The notes below the pieces were generated by a model that worked only from the letters and a program-made list of their open reading frames with translations, did no database searches and had not been told where the DNA came from. 64,000 nt of DNA from Candidatus Izemoplasmatales bacterium (GTDB taxonomy: Bacteria; Bacillota_I; Bacilli_A; Izemoplasmatales; Hujiaoplasmataceae). Every line of letters starts with the position of its first letter. Position 1 is the first letter of the stretch. The stretch spans positions 640,001 to 704,000 of the forward strand of contig JBMNEZ010000001.1 of the NCBI GenBank assembly GCA_050949045.1. The letters are read 5' to 3'. Below are positions 28,572 through 38,635 of this stretch, piece by piece. The position numbers were made by a program, and so were the translations under genes.

Positions 28572-29528
28572 CTAGAACCGAAAACGCTTGAAAGCCAGCG
28601 GATAGATGCCGATGCCGATCAGAACCATCGCAAAATAGCGGACAAAATCAAACAGTATCGCAAGCGTTGCCTTTCCCATCGCACCTTCTATCAGTGCCCC
28701 GGAATCAGGGTTAACAATCAGATTGAATAATGGCTTGAGCCCCAGACGAACCGCCATGACGATGCCCACACCAAGGGCGAAACGGATCAAATTCTTCCAA
28801 AGCACGCGATGATTCTCAAACTGAACATGTTTGTGTTCAATCATGATCCCGACCGTGAACCCGAAGATCGTTCCCATCATCTTCGCTACCCCTTCAAGGG
28901 TGTTATAGAGGGTTGATGCATCGGTCATGGTGTTAGAAGCTGTCACCGTAAACAAAAAGTATAAGTAACAGCCGACAAATATCACTCCGGAAGCGGCAAG
29001 CACATAGAAATAGAGCCTCGTCCGATCCCAGATCTTATTCAACAGCAGATAGAACCCGTAGCTGATGCCAATGCCGAGAGCGCCGCCGGCTAGAACGTCA
29101 GTCAAATAATGGACTCCAAGATACATCCGGCTCAGGGCAACCATCAAAATGATGATGGCGGCGATGATCGAGACAAAACGCTTCTTGATCCAGATGGCAA
29201 AACCCCCAAAAACACTCGCCGCTCCCTGGGTGTGGCCGCTGGGGAACGAAAAGCCTCCCACCGGCCGGATATCATCGATCAGGGGATCCACAGAGAACGG
29301 CCTCGGCCTCTGGGTGATGACTTTGATGATGCTGTTCAAAACCAGCGAGACAAAGACGGTGATCCCGAGAGACTCGCCGATCTTCTTGTCGTGACACCAA
29401 TAGACGAAACCCATCAGAGCGACAATGATCAGTTCTTCGCCGAACACGGTCCACATCTGGAAAAAGAAGTCTAAAAAATCGCTGCGGAAACTTTGAAGCC
29501 ATTTGATTAGCTCAAGTTCAAATGTCAC
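28572..29528 (-). CDS. PAP2 family membrane phosphatase
   Basis: K-x5-RPRP, SFPSGH, SRMYLGVHYLTD motifs. Confidence 0.93.
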   Translation of the reverse strand: MTFELELIKWLQSFRSDFLDFFFQMWTVFGEELIIVALMGFVYWCHDKKIGESLGITVFVSLVLNSIIKVITQRPRPFSVDPLIDDIRPVGGFSFPSGHTQGAASVFGGFAIWIKKRFVSIIAAIIILMVALSRMYLGVHYLTDVLAGGALGIGISYGFYLLLNKIWDRTRLYFYVLAASGVIFVGCYLYFLFTVTASNTMTDASTLYNTLEGVAKMMGTIFGFTVGIMIEHKHVQFENHRVLWKNLIRFALGVGIVMAVRLGLKPLFNLIVNPDSGALIEGAMGKATLAILFDFVRYFAMVLIGIGIYPLAFKRFRF

Positions 29529-29549
29529 GCTACAACCCCTCCTTTCAAC

Positions 29550-30125
29550 CTAGAAAATCGAATATAACGAGATTCCCAAAACCGCAGAAATCAAGATCAA
29601 ATAGATGGGATTTATCTTTGGCAAAATCCGCGAGATCACTAGAACAACCACGAAGATCGCAATAGCGATCAAATCAATCTGCATGGCGGCGAGATTCAAA
29701 ATATCCGTGTGAAGCGTTCCCCTGAGAACCAGTCCCAAGCCAACAGCGCCCAAAATGCCGACAATAACCGGCTTGACGCCGCCAAGGAACCCATTGACAT
29801 ACGAATTGGTCGAAAATCTCTTGTAGAAACGAGCGACGATCGAGATGATGATGAATGAAGGCAAAACAACGCCAATCGTAGCGACAGCCGCTCCAAGAAT
29901 GCCTTGTTGCTGATAACCAATGAAGGTCGCAATATTGACCGCGAACGGTCCCGGCGTCGACTCAGAGATGGCGACGAAATCAACGAGTGTATCGATTGAA
30001 TCGAGCCAGCCTTGTTTTAAAACCTCTTCTTCGATCATTGGAATCATCGCATAACCGCCACCGAAAGTGAACAATCCGATCTTGAAAAACGTCAAAAACA
30101 ATAACAGGAGTTCTTTAATCGGCAT
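29550..30125 (-). CDS. Chromate transporter (short-chain CHR), second half
   Basis: KIGLFTFGGGYAMIP and SESTPGP motifs; RBS spacing favours MPIKEL at 30125. Confidence 0.92.
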   Translation of the reverse strand: MPIKELLLLFLTFFKIGLFTFGGGYAMIPMIEEEVLKQGWLDSIDTLVDFVAISESTPGPFAVNIATFIGYQQQGILGAAVATIGVVLPSFIIISIVARFYKRFSTNSYVNGFLGGVKPVIVGILGAVGLGLVLRGTLHTDILNLAAMQIDLIAIAIFVVVLVISRILPKINPIYLILISAVLGISLYSIF

Positions 30126-30666
30126 CGCGGTCATCTCCTTTTTTTCCGCAAAGCGAATAAATGAGTCCGGCGACGCCGCCTATCAAGATGATATACATGG
30201 TGGGAACCAAGCGGAAAAGCATCAAGCCAAAGCCGATGACGATCAAAACGCAAGCGAGCCAGTTGCGTTTCAGTTTCGTGAGCAGCCTGATCCCAGCATT
30301 AACGATCAGAAGCGAAACACCGACGCGGATGCCCTGGAAGGCGTTCGCCATAAGCGGTGATTCCTTATAGGTGAGCAGAATAGCAGAAATCAAGACAATG
30401 ACGATGAAGGAAGGCAGGACAACTCCCAGAGTCGCGAGCAGCGAGCCGATAAAACCCTTCTGCTTGAAACCGATATAGGTCGCACAATTGATCGCGATCG
30501 GTCCTGGCGTCGACTCGGCGATAGCAAGGATATCCATAAACTCGGAATACTCGATCCAGCCCCGCTTTTCAATGACTTCCCGCTGGATCAGCGGGATCAT
30601 CGCATAGCCACCCCCGAAGGTGAAAAGGCCGATCTTGAAGAACAATAGAAAAAGATCGCCAAGCAT
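30115..30666 (-). CDS. Chromate transporter (short-chain CHR), first half
   Basis: KIGLFTFGGGYAMIP and AESTPGP motifs; paired with the adjacent homolog as is usual for short-chain CHR. Confidence 0.92.
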   Translation of the reverse strand: MLGDLFLLFFKIGLFTFGGGYAMIPLIQREVIEKRGWIEYSEFMDILAIAESTPGPIAINCATYIGFKQKGFIGSLLATLGVVLPSFIVIVLISAILLTYKESPLMANAFQGIRVGVSLLIVNAGIRLLTKLKRNWLACVLIVIGFGLMLFRLVPTMYIILIGGVAGLIYSLCGKKGDDRDAD

Positions 30667-31526
30667 TATTTTCTTCCTTCCCGAACCTCGCGAAGGTCGT
30701 TGTCCGGAATTGTTGCCTTGAACTTATCAAGCTGTTCTTGGATTCGCTCTTTGACGAGATCGCTGATTGCCCGCGAATCCAGATCTTTGTACTCCTCATA
30801 TCTTAGCGATGGCAAGATGTGCAAATATCCCTTATGAATACCTAGACGGCCCTTGCGAAAGATTCCATGCATGTTATAAAGGCAGATCGGAACGATATCG
30901 GCTTTTGCTCTCAAGGCAAGTTTGAATGAACCCGGTTTGAAATCAGCCATGGTGTTGCTATAACTGCGGGTGCCCTCGGGAAAAACTCCCAATGGTTGTC
31001 CATTCTCGACTGCTTGAATCGATTGATGGACAGCCTCGAGCCCCCGTCTGTCGATATCACGCGAAAGCGCGATGCACCCGGAACCGAACAAAACCGACTT
31101 GATGACGGGAATCTTGAAAACCTCGGCTTTGGCAATGTAAGCCAAGGGTTTTCCTTTAAAGGCGGTCTTGATATAGAAAGGATCTGTGTATTCAATGTGG
31201 TTCGAGTAAATGATAAAACGATTGGTCTTTGGTATATTGTCCTTCCCGGTTGTTTTTACATAGACACGGAGAAGAATGTTGAACAGATAGACACCAACAT
31301 CAACATACACTGCATGTTTCCAAGCGCTCTTGGTATCTGTTTTCTCGATTAAAAGAAGGAAAACGACCAACAACATAAAAAAGACGATGAAAAAACCTAG
31401 AGCGATTGCGAAAAAGACCGCGATGATGACCAAAACACCGACAAATCCGGCAGGATACTGACCAAATACGGCAAACAAGACAGTGCCGGCAACAGATACC
31501 AGCAACTGCAGAATGAAGATCATCAT
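30666..31526 (-). CDS. plsC: 1-acyl-sn-glycerol-3-phosphate acyltransferase
   Basis: NHIEYTD (HX4D) and FPEGTRS motifs; N-terminal TM segments. Confidence 0.88.
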   Translation of the reverse strand: MMIFILQLLVSVAGTVLFAVFGQYPAGFVGVLVIIAVFFAIALGFFIVFFMLLVVFLLLIEKTDTKSAWKHAVYVDVGVYLFNILLRVYVKTTGKDNIPKTNRFIIYSNHIEYTDPFYIKTAFKGKPLAYIAKAEVFKIPVIKSVLFGSGCIALSRDIDRRGLEAVHQSIQAVENGQPLGVFPEGTRSYSNTMADFKPGSFKLALRAKADIVPICLYNMHGIFRKGRLGIHKGYLHILPSLRYEEYKDLDSRAISDLVKERIQEQLDKFKATIPDNDLREVREGRK

Positions 31527-31996
31527 TGTTGTTTTCTCCCATAAACCGTAAAAATCAGGTCTGGCGTTTCCTTGCTCTCGAGCAGTTCAAACATCGATAG
31601 GTCGAGGTCGCTCAGATAAACGTCGCCATGATATGGTTTCTTGATATAGGTGATATAGAGTTTTTGTGCGAAGGCCAACGACAAACCATAGATCGTCTTC
31701 CCGCCGATAACGAAGATTTCCTCTTCGTGGTCCTGCTTTAAATAAGCAATCAGATCGCTAATGACCGTAACGCCAGGATAACTGAACGGCTCCAGTGAGG
31801 CAACAATCGATTTGCGTCCAACAAGCGGATGCCCCAATCTGCCGATAATTGATTTGAATGTCTCGCGCCCCATCAAAACGGTCTTCCCCATCGTCTTCTG
31901 TCTAAAATAACGCAGATCCTCGGGATAGTGCCAAGGAAGATCGTTGCCTTTTCCGATCACTCCGTTAGGGTCGATCGCAAAGATGAGGCTTATCAT
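31523..31996 (-). CDS. dfrA: Dihydrofolate reductase
   Basis: IGKGNDLPWHYPEDLRYF, MGRETF, IGG motifs; follows thyA. Confidence 0.96.
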   Translation of the reverse strand: MISLIFAIDPNGVIGKGNDLPWHYPEDLRYFRQKTMGKTVLMGRETFKSIIGRLGHPLVGRKSIVASLEPFSYPGVTVISDLIAYLKQDHEEEIFVIGGKTIYGLSLAFAQKLYITYIKKPYHGDVYLSDLDLSMFELLESKETPDLIFTVYGRKQQ

Positions 31997-32874
31997 CAGA
32001 CTGCCACCTTTCCCTTGATCGTTGGATAGGGGTCGTAATTTTCAAGCAAAAAATCATCGAAGACGAAATCCTCAATGTTCTCTGTTGACCTTAGGATCGT
32101 CATTTTGGGGAGCGCCTTCGGTTTTCTCGACAACAATAACCCGACTTGGTCAAGATGATTCAAATAAATGTGGCAATCCCCAAAAGAATGGACAAACTCC
32201 CCTGGTTTAAGATTGGTTATGCTGGAAATCATCAGTGTGAGCAGCGAATATGAGGCGATATTGAAAGGGACGCCGAGAAACGCATCGGCACTCCTTTGAT
32301 AAAGATGGCATGATAGTTTGCCATCGGCGACATAGAACTGGAAAAAGGCATGACATGGCGGTAATGCCATCTTCTCAATCAAAGCGACATTCCAAGCGCT
32401 GACGATCAGCCTTCGGCTATCCGGATTGTTTCTAATGTTGTAAATTACTTCCTGAAGTTGGTCGATCACACGGCCATTGCCTTCGACATGGCGCCATTGG
32501 CGGCCGTATACCGGTCCCAAATCGCCATACTTATCCGCAAAAGCGCGGTCGGCAAGGATCCGCTCGATGAATTGGTCCAATGTTTCTCCCTTATAATCTT
32601 CCGACTCACAAAAACGCTTGTAAGGCCATTCGTTCCAAATCCGGACGTTTTTCTCCACAAGCGGTCTGATATTGGTCTCGCCCTTGACGAACCAGAGCAG
32701 TTCTTCAATCACCGATTTCAGATGGATTCTTTTTGTGGTTACTAACGGGAATCCCTCAGCGAGATCAAAGCGCATCTGCAAGCCAAAAGTCGAGATCGTA
32801 CCGACACCGGTGCGGTCGGACTTACGGACACCGACATCGAGGATTGTGCGCAAAAACTCGTGATACTGTTTCAT
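31996..32874 (-). CDS. thyA: Thymidylate synthase
   Basis: [36 protein letters not shown] motifs. Confidence 0.98.
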   Translation of the reverse strand: MKQYHEFLRTILDVGVRKSDRTGVGTISTFGLQMRFDLAEGFPLVTTKRIHLKSVIEELLWFVKGETNIRPLVEKNVRIWNEWPYKRFCESEDYKGETLDQFIERILADRAFADKYGDLGPVYGRQWRHVEGNGRVIDQLQEVIYNIRNNPDSRRLIVSAWNVALIEKMALPPCHAFFQFYVADGKLSCHLYQRSADAFLGVPFNIASYSLLTLMISSITNLKPGEFVHSFGDCHIYLNHLDQVGLLLSRKPKALPKMTILRSTENIEDFVFDDFLLENYDPYPTIKGKVAV

Positions 32875-32947
32875 TGGTAACCACCGCCTTTATCGAGATT
32901 ATAACATTATTCAAATACTAAAAAAAGAAAAAGATGCAAAATGCATC

Positions 32948-33277
32948 TCAGTCTTTTTGAGAACTGATGAACGAAATCCTTTCGACAATGATTTCGGGGT
33001 AGGAAAACAGTTTTTTATCATCTTGCAAATAATCTCGTTGTTGCAACCTTGCCTTGATCCCGACGGTCGACCCCTTCTTGCAGTAATCGACGGTCGCCTC
33101 GGCGATGCCGCTCCAGAGCGTGCAGTTGAAGAAATCCGTTTCATAATCATTGGTCTCGCCGCTTTTGAAAGGTCGTTGCACAGCCAGAGAAATTGTCGTC
33201 ACTTTCCTGTTGTCGTCCAACTTTCGCAGTTCCGGATCTTTGGTGAGCCTTCCCACCAATATCACTTGGTTTAACAT
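32948..33277 (-). CDS. ssb: Single-stranded DNA-binding protein, short SsbB-like form
   Basis: NQVILVGRLTKDPELR and TDFFNCTLW motifs; 109 aa with no acidic C-terminal tail. Confidence 0.9.
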   Translation of the reverse strand: MLNQVILVGRLTKDPELRKLDDNRKVTTISLAVQRPFKSGETNDYETDFFNCTLWSGIAEATVDYCKKGSTVGIKARLQQRDYLQDDKKLFSYPEIIVERISFISSQKD

Positions 33278-33391
33278 AAATCCTCCTTTTTTGACAAATT
33301 ATAACGGATCAGCATATTCCAAAGAAAAAGCCGAAAGCGAGTCGCTGCCGGTATGTGTAAGCATAATAATGCCGTTCTTTCGAAAACTGGC

Positions 33392-33424
33392 AAAAAAAAG
33401 ATGAAGGGATGAGCCCTTCATCAT
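33392..33424 (-). terminator. Intrinsic terminator after lemA
   Basis: GATGAAGGG-ctcat-CCCTTCATC followed by a T8 run on the minus strand. Confidence 0.85.
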
Positions 33425-33457
33425 ATTTGATGGAAAACACAGCATTCTTTGTAATGT

Positions 33458-34036
33458 TTAGAACTTAAACTCGACATCCTGCCTTTTTTTATCCTCGGCT
33501 TCAAAATAAGGCTTTTTCTCCATATGGATGGCATTGGCGACGATGCTATGCGGAAAGGTGACGATCGTATGGTTGATCCTGGTCACGTTCGCATTGTAAA
33601 GCCTTCTCGCGGCTTGCAGGTGTTCTTCGGTGTTGGCAACCGCGCCCTGCAGTTCGACAAATACCGTGTTTGCTTTGAGGTCGGGATATTTTTCGACGAC
33701 AACGTTGATGCCTGATGCAACCTCGTTCAACTGGCCGAAGAACGCTTCCTTGTCTTTCAATGTGGCGTTTTCAGGAATGCCTGAACGCCACTTGACGACT
33801 TTTTCAAGCGTTTCCGCCTCATGCTTGGCGTAGCCTTTGGCCGTCTCGAGCATTTTTGTGAGCATGTCAAAACGTTTAGTGAGCGCGACATCAATACCGG
33901 ATTCTGCCTCATGGACCTTCAATTCCAACTGGCGCAAGGTGTTCATCGTCCCGATATACCAGATAACGATGAGAAGCACAATGCCGCCGATGACAATGCC
34001 GATGATTCCGCCCACACTCAAATCAAGTGTGATCAT
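33458..34036 (-). CDS. lemA: LemA family protein
   Basis: N-terminal TM; IDVALTKRFD, EKYPDLKAN, ARRLYN, TFP motifs. Confidence 0.93.
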   Translation of the reverse strand: MITLDLSVGGIIGIVIGGIVLLIVIWYIGTMNTLRQLELKVHEAESGIDVALTKRFDMLTKMLETAKGYAKHEAETLEKVVKWRSGIPENATLKDKEAFFGQLNEVASGINVVVEKYPDLKANTVFVELQGAVANTEEHLQAARRLYNANVTRINHTIVTFPHSIVANAIHMEKKPYFEAEDKKRQDVEFKF

Positions 34037-34074
34037 TTGTTTTTCCTCCTCTATATTTTTGATTCTTAATGCTT

Positions 34075-34971
34075 TTACAGGTCGCCTAACTTGGATTTGA
34101 AAATCTTCGTGTTCAATTTCAAACTGTGGATGAAATCCTTGATGACCAGTAAATCCTTGCGAAATTCATCCATTATCGTTTGGTCGATCTTGGTGAACAT
34201 CTTGATTTCAAAGGTGTCCTTATTGTTGTTGATGGCAATATACAGATTCTTTCCGGTGAAAGACAGGGAAATGCGACCGGCATTCCGTTTCTCAAGTTCG
34301 AGGATCGCTTCCATGATATCCGGAGTCAGAACATAAAACGCATTCAGCTCTTCGGTCGAATAAGTTTTGAACTTCTTATTGAAATCGATCGACTCCAGTT
34401 GAACCTTTTTAAACTTTCTACTTGAAAGCGGCGAACCGGATTCCAGCACTTGAAGATAACCGTCGAATTCCTTGTTGAAGGTGAACTTGAACACACGGCC
34501 CAAGAAATAAGTTACGTAGTAAACTCTGGTTCCGTTTTTAGTGTGCTGAACATGTCTTTCCTCGAGTTTGACATCGCTTGAAACGAAGTCGACACCGTCC
34601 ATCTGCCCTTGCAAGAGATCTTCGGAATGAAAGCGGTCAGCCCGTTTCAGAAACTCGGTTTGATAGACTTCCGTACCGCTAAGACCTCTATCCGGGTAAT
34701 AGTTGACTCCGGGAATGGCCTCTTGAAAATAGTCTGACAAAACATCAAATTTAAAACTGCGCTTGACACTGGAAAACTTCGCGGCTCCCACCATGCTCAC
34801 AATCATACCGATTGTGATAACAATGATCGGGAAAAACATTCCGTCCTCGCCGCCGCTTAGTAAGATAGGTATCAACAAGATCACGCCGACGCCGAGAATG
34901 ACAAATCCGATCAAAGAGATCTTTTCGCTTCCTTTTTTCAGATTGTTGAAACGATCTAGTTTTTCTTGCAT
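34075..34971 (-). CDS. DUF3137-like membrane protein (frequent LemA neighbour)
   Basis: Two N-terminal TMs; SEDLLQG, VQLESIDFNKKFKTYS, AFYVLTPDIME motifs. Confidence 0.75.
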   Translation of the reverse strand: MQEKLDRFNNLKKGSEKISLIGFVILGVGVILLIPILLSGGEDGMFFPIIVITIGMIVSMVGAAKFSSVKRSFKFDVLSDYFQEAIPGVNYYPDRGLSGTEVYQTEFLKRADRFHSEDLLQGQMDGVDFVSSDVKLEERHVQHTKNGTRVYYVTYFLGRVFKFTFNKEFDGYLQVLESGSPLSSRKFKKVQLESIDFNKKFKTYSTEELNAFYVLTPDIMEAILELEKRNAGRISLSFTGKNLYIAINNNKDTFEIKMFTKIDQTIMDEFRKDLLVIKDFIHSLKLNTKIFKSKLGDL

Positions 34972-35025
34972 TGAATCACCTCCGCACTGACGATATTATA
35001 CAACATTTGGGAAAAAATGGCGCAA

Positions 35026-36516
35026 TTATTTGAACATCATACACGCTTTAACCGCTTTTTTCCAGCCGGAATAGAGTTCATCACGGCATTTGTCGGATAT
35101 CAGCGGCTTGAAAACCTTGTCAACACCCCATTTTTCTTTGATGTCTTTCAGCGTCCATAAGCCGGTCGCAAGCCCTGCGAGATAGGCGGCTCCGAGAGCA
35201 GTGGTTTCGCTTGTCTCAGGCTTGTCGATATAAACATTGAGGATGTCGCTTTGAAACTGCATCAAAAAATCGTTTTCCGAAGCTCCTCCGTCCACGCGAA
35301 GCCTAGTCAATTTCTGCTTCGACTCGGCTTCCATGACGTTGATCACATCCTTAGTCTGATAGGCAATGGCTTCGAGTGTCGCCCTGATGATGTGGGCTCT
35401 GGTTGTTCCTCTTGTTAACCCGAAGATAGCGCCCTTGGCATCTTTTTCCCAGTAAGGAGTCCCGAGACCAACGAAGGCAGGGACGAAGTAGACACCTTGA
35501 TTGCCCTCGCAAGTCTTCGCATGTGCTTCCGTCTCGCCTGACTGCTTGATGATTTTAAGTCCGTCCCGAAGCCATTGGACTGCCGATCCGGTCACAAAGA
35601 TCGAGCCTTCGAGAGCATAGGTGATCTCTCCATCCAAATTCCAGGCGACGGTCGTCAACAAGCCCTTATCGGAGAGAATCGGTGTCTTTCCGATATTCAT
35701 AAGCAGAAAACAGCCGGTCCCGTAAGTGTTCTTGACATTGCCTTTTTCAAGACAGACCTGTCCGAAAAGGGCCGCCTGTTGATCGCCGGCGATCCCGGCT
35801 ATCGGGATCTCCTGCCCATAAAAGACATTTTTCGCAGTATGGCCAATGATCCCCGATGATGGTCTTATTTCCGGCAACAGCGACATCGGGATCCCGAAGA
35901 GCGAGCATAAGTCCGGATCCCAAGTGTTATCAAAGATATTGTATAAAAGCGTTCTGGAAGCATTCGATGAATCAGTGGCGTGGACCGCTCCGTCTGTGAG
36001 ATTCCAAACAATCCAGGAATCGACGGTCCCGAAACAGAGCTCGCCGGCTTCAGCCAACGCTCTTGCCCCCTTGACATTGTCCAGTATCCATTTGATCTTG
36101 GTGCCGGAAAAATACGGATCCAACAATAAACCCGTCTTCCGCCTGATGGTCTCTTCATGGCCGGCGAGTTTCATCTCGTTACAGATGGCGCTCGTCTGCC
36201 TGCTCTGCCAGACAATCGCCGGATAGACAGGAACACCCGTGCGGCGGTTCCAGACAATCGTCGTCTCCCGCTGATTGGTGATCCCGATCGCACCGATCTC
36301 AGTTGGCTGCAATTTTGCCTTGATCAGGCATTCGCCTATACAGATCGAGACCGAATCCCAGATCGCCTTCGGATCATGGAGGACGTATCCCGGTTTCGGA
36401 AACAACTGTTCAAACTCATATTGGCTCTTACAGACGATTTTCCCAGCGGCATCAAAGATGATCACCCTTGAGGATGTTGTTCCCTGATCTATCGCCAAAA
36501 TGTACTTTTCCATCAT
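35026..36516 (-). CDS. glpK: Glycerol kinase
   Basis: [44 protein letters not shown] motifs. Confidence 0.98.
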   Translation of the reverse strand: MMEKYILAIDQGTTSSRVIIFDAAGKIVCKSQYEFEQLFPKPGYVLHDPKAIWDSVSICIGECLIKAKLQPTEIGAIGITNQRETTIVWNRRTGVPVYPAIVWQSRQTSAICNEMKLAGHEETIRRKTGLLLDPYFSGTKIKWILDNVKGARALAEAGELCFGTVDSWIVWNLTDGAVHATDSSNASRTLLYNIFDNTWDPDLCSLFGIPMSLLPEIRPSSGIIGHTAKNVFYGQEIPIAGIAGDQQAALFGQVCLEKGNVKNTYGTGCFLLMNIGKTPILSDKGLLTTVAWNLDGEITYALEGSIFVTGSAVQWLRDGLKIIKQSGETEAHAKTCEGNQGVYFVPAFVGLGTPYWEKDAKGAIFGLTRGTTRAHIIRATLEAIAYQTKDVINVMEAESKQKLTRLRVDGGASENDFLMQFQSDILNVYIDKPETSETTALGAAYLAGLATGLWTLKDIKEKWGVDKVFKPLISDKCRDELYSGWKKAVKACMMFK

Positions 36517-36606
36517 TTGGCACCTCTTTTATCATTATAACAAATCATCTTTAAAAAATATACTATGGGTGATATAATGATTTATAGATGGAGCGTGGTA
36601 CAAAAG

Positions 36607-37527
36607 ATGGAAAAACTGATTTTGAAAGATTCTCTGAACAATAATATCCATATTTACATCTATAGACCGAAAGTGGATGTCAAAGCAGTTGTTCAGATCA
36701 TCCATGGCGCTTCCGAACATTTTGCCCGCTACGGAATCTTCGCGGATTATCTCACCAAGAACGGCTATGCGGTTGTCGGGTGCGATATCCTCGGTCACGG
36801 GTTGAGCAGTCCAACTAGCGATTACGTTCATTTCGCAGACAGAAACCCTGGCGATGCCGCTTTCGAATCTGTCGTTCTCGTGAAGGACTACATTAATCAA
36901 ACCTTCCCCGAGATTCCCTTGTATCTTCTCGGACACAGCATGGGCTCGTTTTTGGCTTTCGCCTCGCTTCTTAGTTTCCCGAAGGACTATCAAAAAGCCG
37001 TCCTCACCGGGATGACCATCGTCCCTTTGCCCTTGGTTGGCGTCGCCACCATGATCGGCAAAGTCATCAACTTCTTCAAAGGACCCAAATATGTTTCCAA
37101 GCTGATGCAGAATCTCCTGATTGATTCCAGCCATGTAAAGATGCGCAAACGGGGGATCATCTCCGGAATCAACGAGGAATGGTTAACCAAAGATGTCGCC
37201 ATCCAGCAATACTACCACGATTCCGAAATCTGCGGACAACCCTTTACCGTTTCTGCCAACCTCGCCCTTTTGGGCTGGCTCAAACTCATCAATTCCAAGA
37301 AAAACCAGCGCCAACTACCTAAATCAACCAAAATCCTCTTTGCTTCGGGAATGGACGACCCCCTCGGGGGCTATGGCGACGGCATCAAAAAATTGCACAG
37401 TTATCTTTTGAAATCCGGCTTCACCAATGTCTTCCTGAAACTCTATGAAAACGACCGGCACGAGATTTTGAATGAAATCGACCGAGACGTCGTTTTCGCG
37501 GATATCCTCGATTTTTTTGAAAACTGA
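36607..37527 (+). CDS. Alpha/beta hydrolase (lysophospholipase/monoacylglycerol lipase-like)
   Basis: HGASEHFARY, GHSMG nucleophile elbow, DDP, RHEILNE motifs; start codon uncertain. Confidence 0.88.
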   Translation: MEKLILKDSLNNNIHIYIYRPKVDVKAVVQIIHGASEHFARYGIFADYLTKNGYAVVGCDILGHGLSSPTSDYVHFADRNPGDAAFESVVLVKDYINQTFPEIPLYLLGHSMGSFLAFASLLSFPKDYQKAVLTGMTIVPLPLVGVATMIGKVINFFKGPKYVSKLMQNLLIDSSHVKMRKRGIISGINEEWLTKDVAIQQYYHDSEICGQPFTVSANLALLGWLKLINSKKNQRQLPKSTKILFASGMDDPLGGYGDGIKKLHSYLLKSGFTNVFLKLYENDRHEILNEIDRDVVFADILDFFEN

Positions 37528-37541
37528 GTCTTTCAACCAAT

Positions 37542-37596
37542 AATTCCTCCTTTTTGTTCGTATATTTAGCGAAACAATTAAAAAGGAGGAATTTTT
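37542..37596 (+). promoter_or_regulatory. 14-bp perfect inverted repeat pairing with the RBS of the downstream gene
   Basis: AATTCCTCCTTTTT (37542-37555) / AAAAAGGAGGAATT (37580-37593). Confidence 0.6.
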
Positions 37597-38583
37597 ATGA
37601 AAAAAATCGCATTTTTCGCCACCATGCTCACGATTATGCTTTCAGCCGGCATCTTTGGCTGCTCACTTGCAAACGAGCTTGCTTATGTGAGCATTGACAT
37701 CAACCCGAGCATCGACATGGTTTTGGACCACAACGAGAAGGTCCAGACCGTCACTCCGCTCAATGCCGACGGAGAAATACTGCTCGAAAATCTCGAACTG
37801 GAGAACATGAATCTCGAAGAAGCCGTTGATGAAATCATCGATGAGGCAGTCAAACTCGGTTTCATCGACCCTGACACCGAGGGGGCCACGGTATGTGTCG
37901 ACGGTTCCACTGAACGGATCAGAACCAGAGTTCATGAACACATAAACAAAGCCTTCATGAACAAGGGGGTCGTCGGCAGTGCCGTGATGAACCCGAATGC
38001 CGACCTGCTTGAAGAAGCCGAGGCACTGGGCGTCACACCCGGATTCCTGCGGCTCGTCCATAGAGCGCTTGAAGCCGATGACGAACTCGTCAAGGACGAC
38101 GCCCTCTTGATGTCGGTTCAAGAACTGATCAAAATCATCAAGGACAAGGACTCCCAGATGAAAATGGTCCAAAACGAACTGAAAGCGGAATTTTTCGCCG
38201 AAAGGGAAGTCTTGTTCGAGGAATACCGACCGCTCATCCAGGCGCTTGAGGCAGAAATCGAGGCGCTTACGGCCCAAGATGAAAGTGCCGAGGAAAAAAT
38301 CGCAGAACTTGAAGCCCTGAAATCTGAATTTCATGAAGCGCTCGCCGCTCTCAGAGCCAGCTATCAAGTTGAAGGCGAAGCCATCAAAACCCAGATCCGG
38401 ACCCAGAAACAAGAGCGCATCGAGACTCACAAACAAGAAACCGAAGCCTTCCGTTCAGAGATGAACACCCGCCGTCAAGAGCGGAAGAACGCCATCGAAG
38501 CTTACCAAAACCAGTATAGCGAACAAAATAACGACAAGGAGACATCCACCGGCAAAAAGCAGCGTAAAGGCTCAGACAATTGA
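37597..38583 (+). CDS. Lipoprotein with RsgI-like extracellular (SEAL-like) domain and coiled-coil tail
   Basis: Lipobox IFG-C22; AYVSIDINPSI...PLNADGEILL matches the RsgI juxtamembrane domain; E/K/Q-rich helical C-terminus. Confidence 0.75.
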   Translation: MKKIAFFATMLTIMLSAGIFGCSLANELAYVSIDINPSIDMVLDHNEKVQTVTPLNADGEILLENLELENMNLEEAVDEIIDEAVKLGFIDPDTEGATVCVDGSTERIRTRVHEHINKAFMNKGVVGSAVMNPNADLLEEAEALGVTPGFLRLVHRALEADDELVKDDALLMSVQELIKIIKDKDSQMKMVQNELKAEFFAEREVLFEEYRPLIQALEAEIEALTAQDESAEEKIAELEALKSEFHEALAALRASYQVEGEAIKTQIRTQKQERIETHKQETEAFRSEMNTRRQERKNAIEAYQNQYSEQNNDKETSTGKKQRKGSDN

Positions 38584-38596
38584 GCGTTTGAGACAT

Positions 38597-38635
38597 CAAA
38601 AAAGACCACTCTTAGCGGTGTGGTCTTTTGTTTTG
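38597..38635. terminator. Bidirectional terminator between RsgI-like gene and radC
   Basis: AAAAGACCAC / GTGGTCTTTT stem with A and T tracts on either side; overlaps radC stop. Confidence 0.75.

Noticed and set aside
29550..30666. Two chromate transporter ORFs as a frameshifted pseudogene
   Set aside because: Paired short-chain CHR half-genes are the normal architecture; each has its own start and full motifs.
36535..38436. Minus-strand ORFs 36535-37134 and 37663-38436
   Set aside because: They are antisense to the hydrolase and RsgI-like genes, and their composition simply mirrors sense-strand codon bias.
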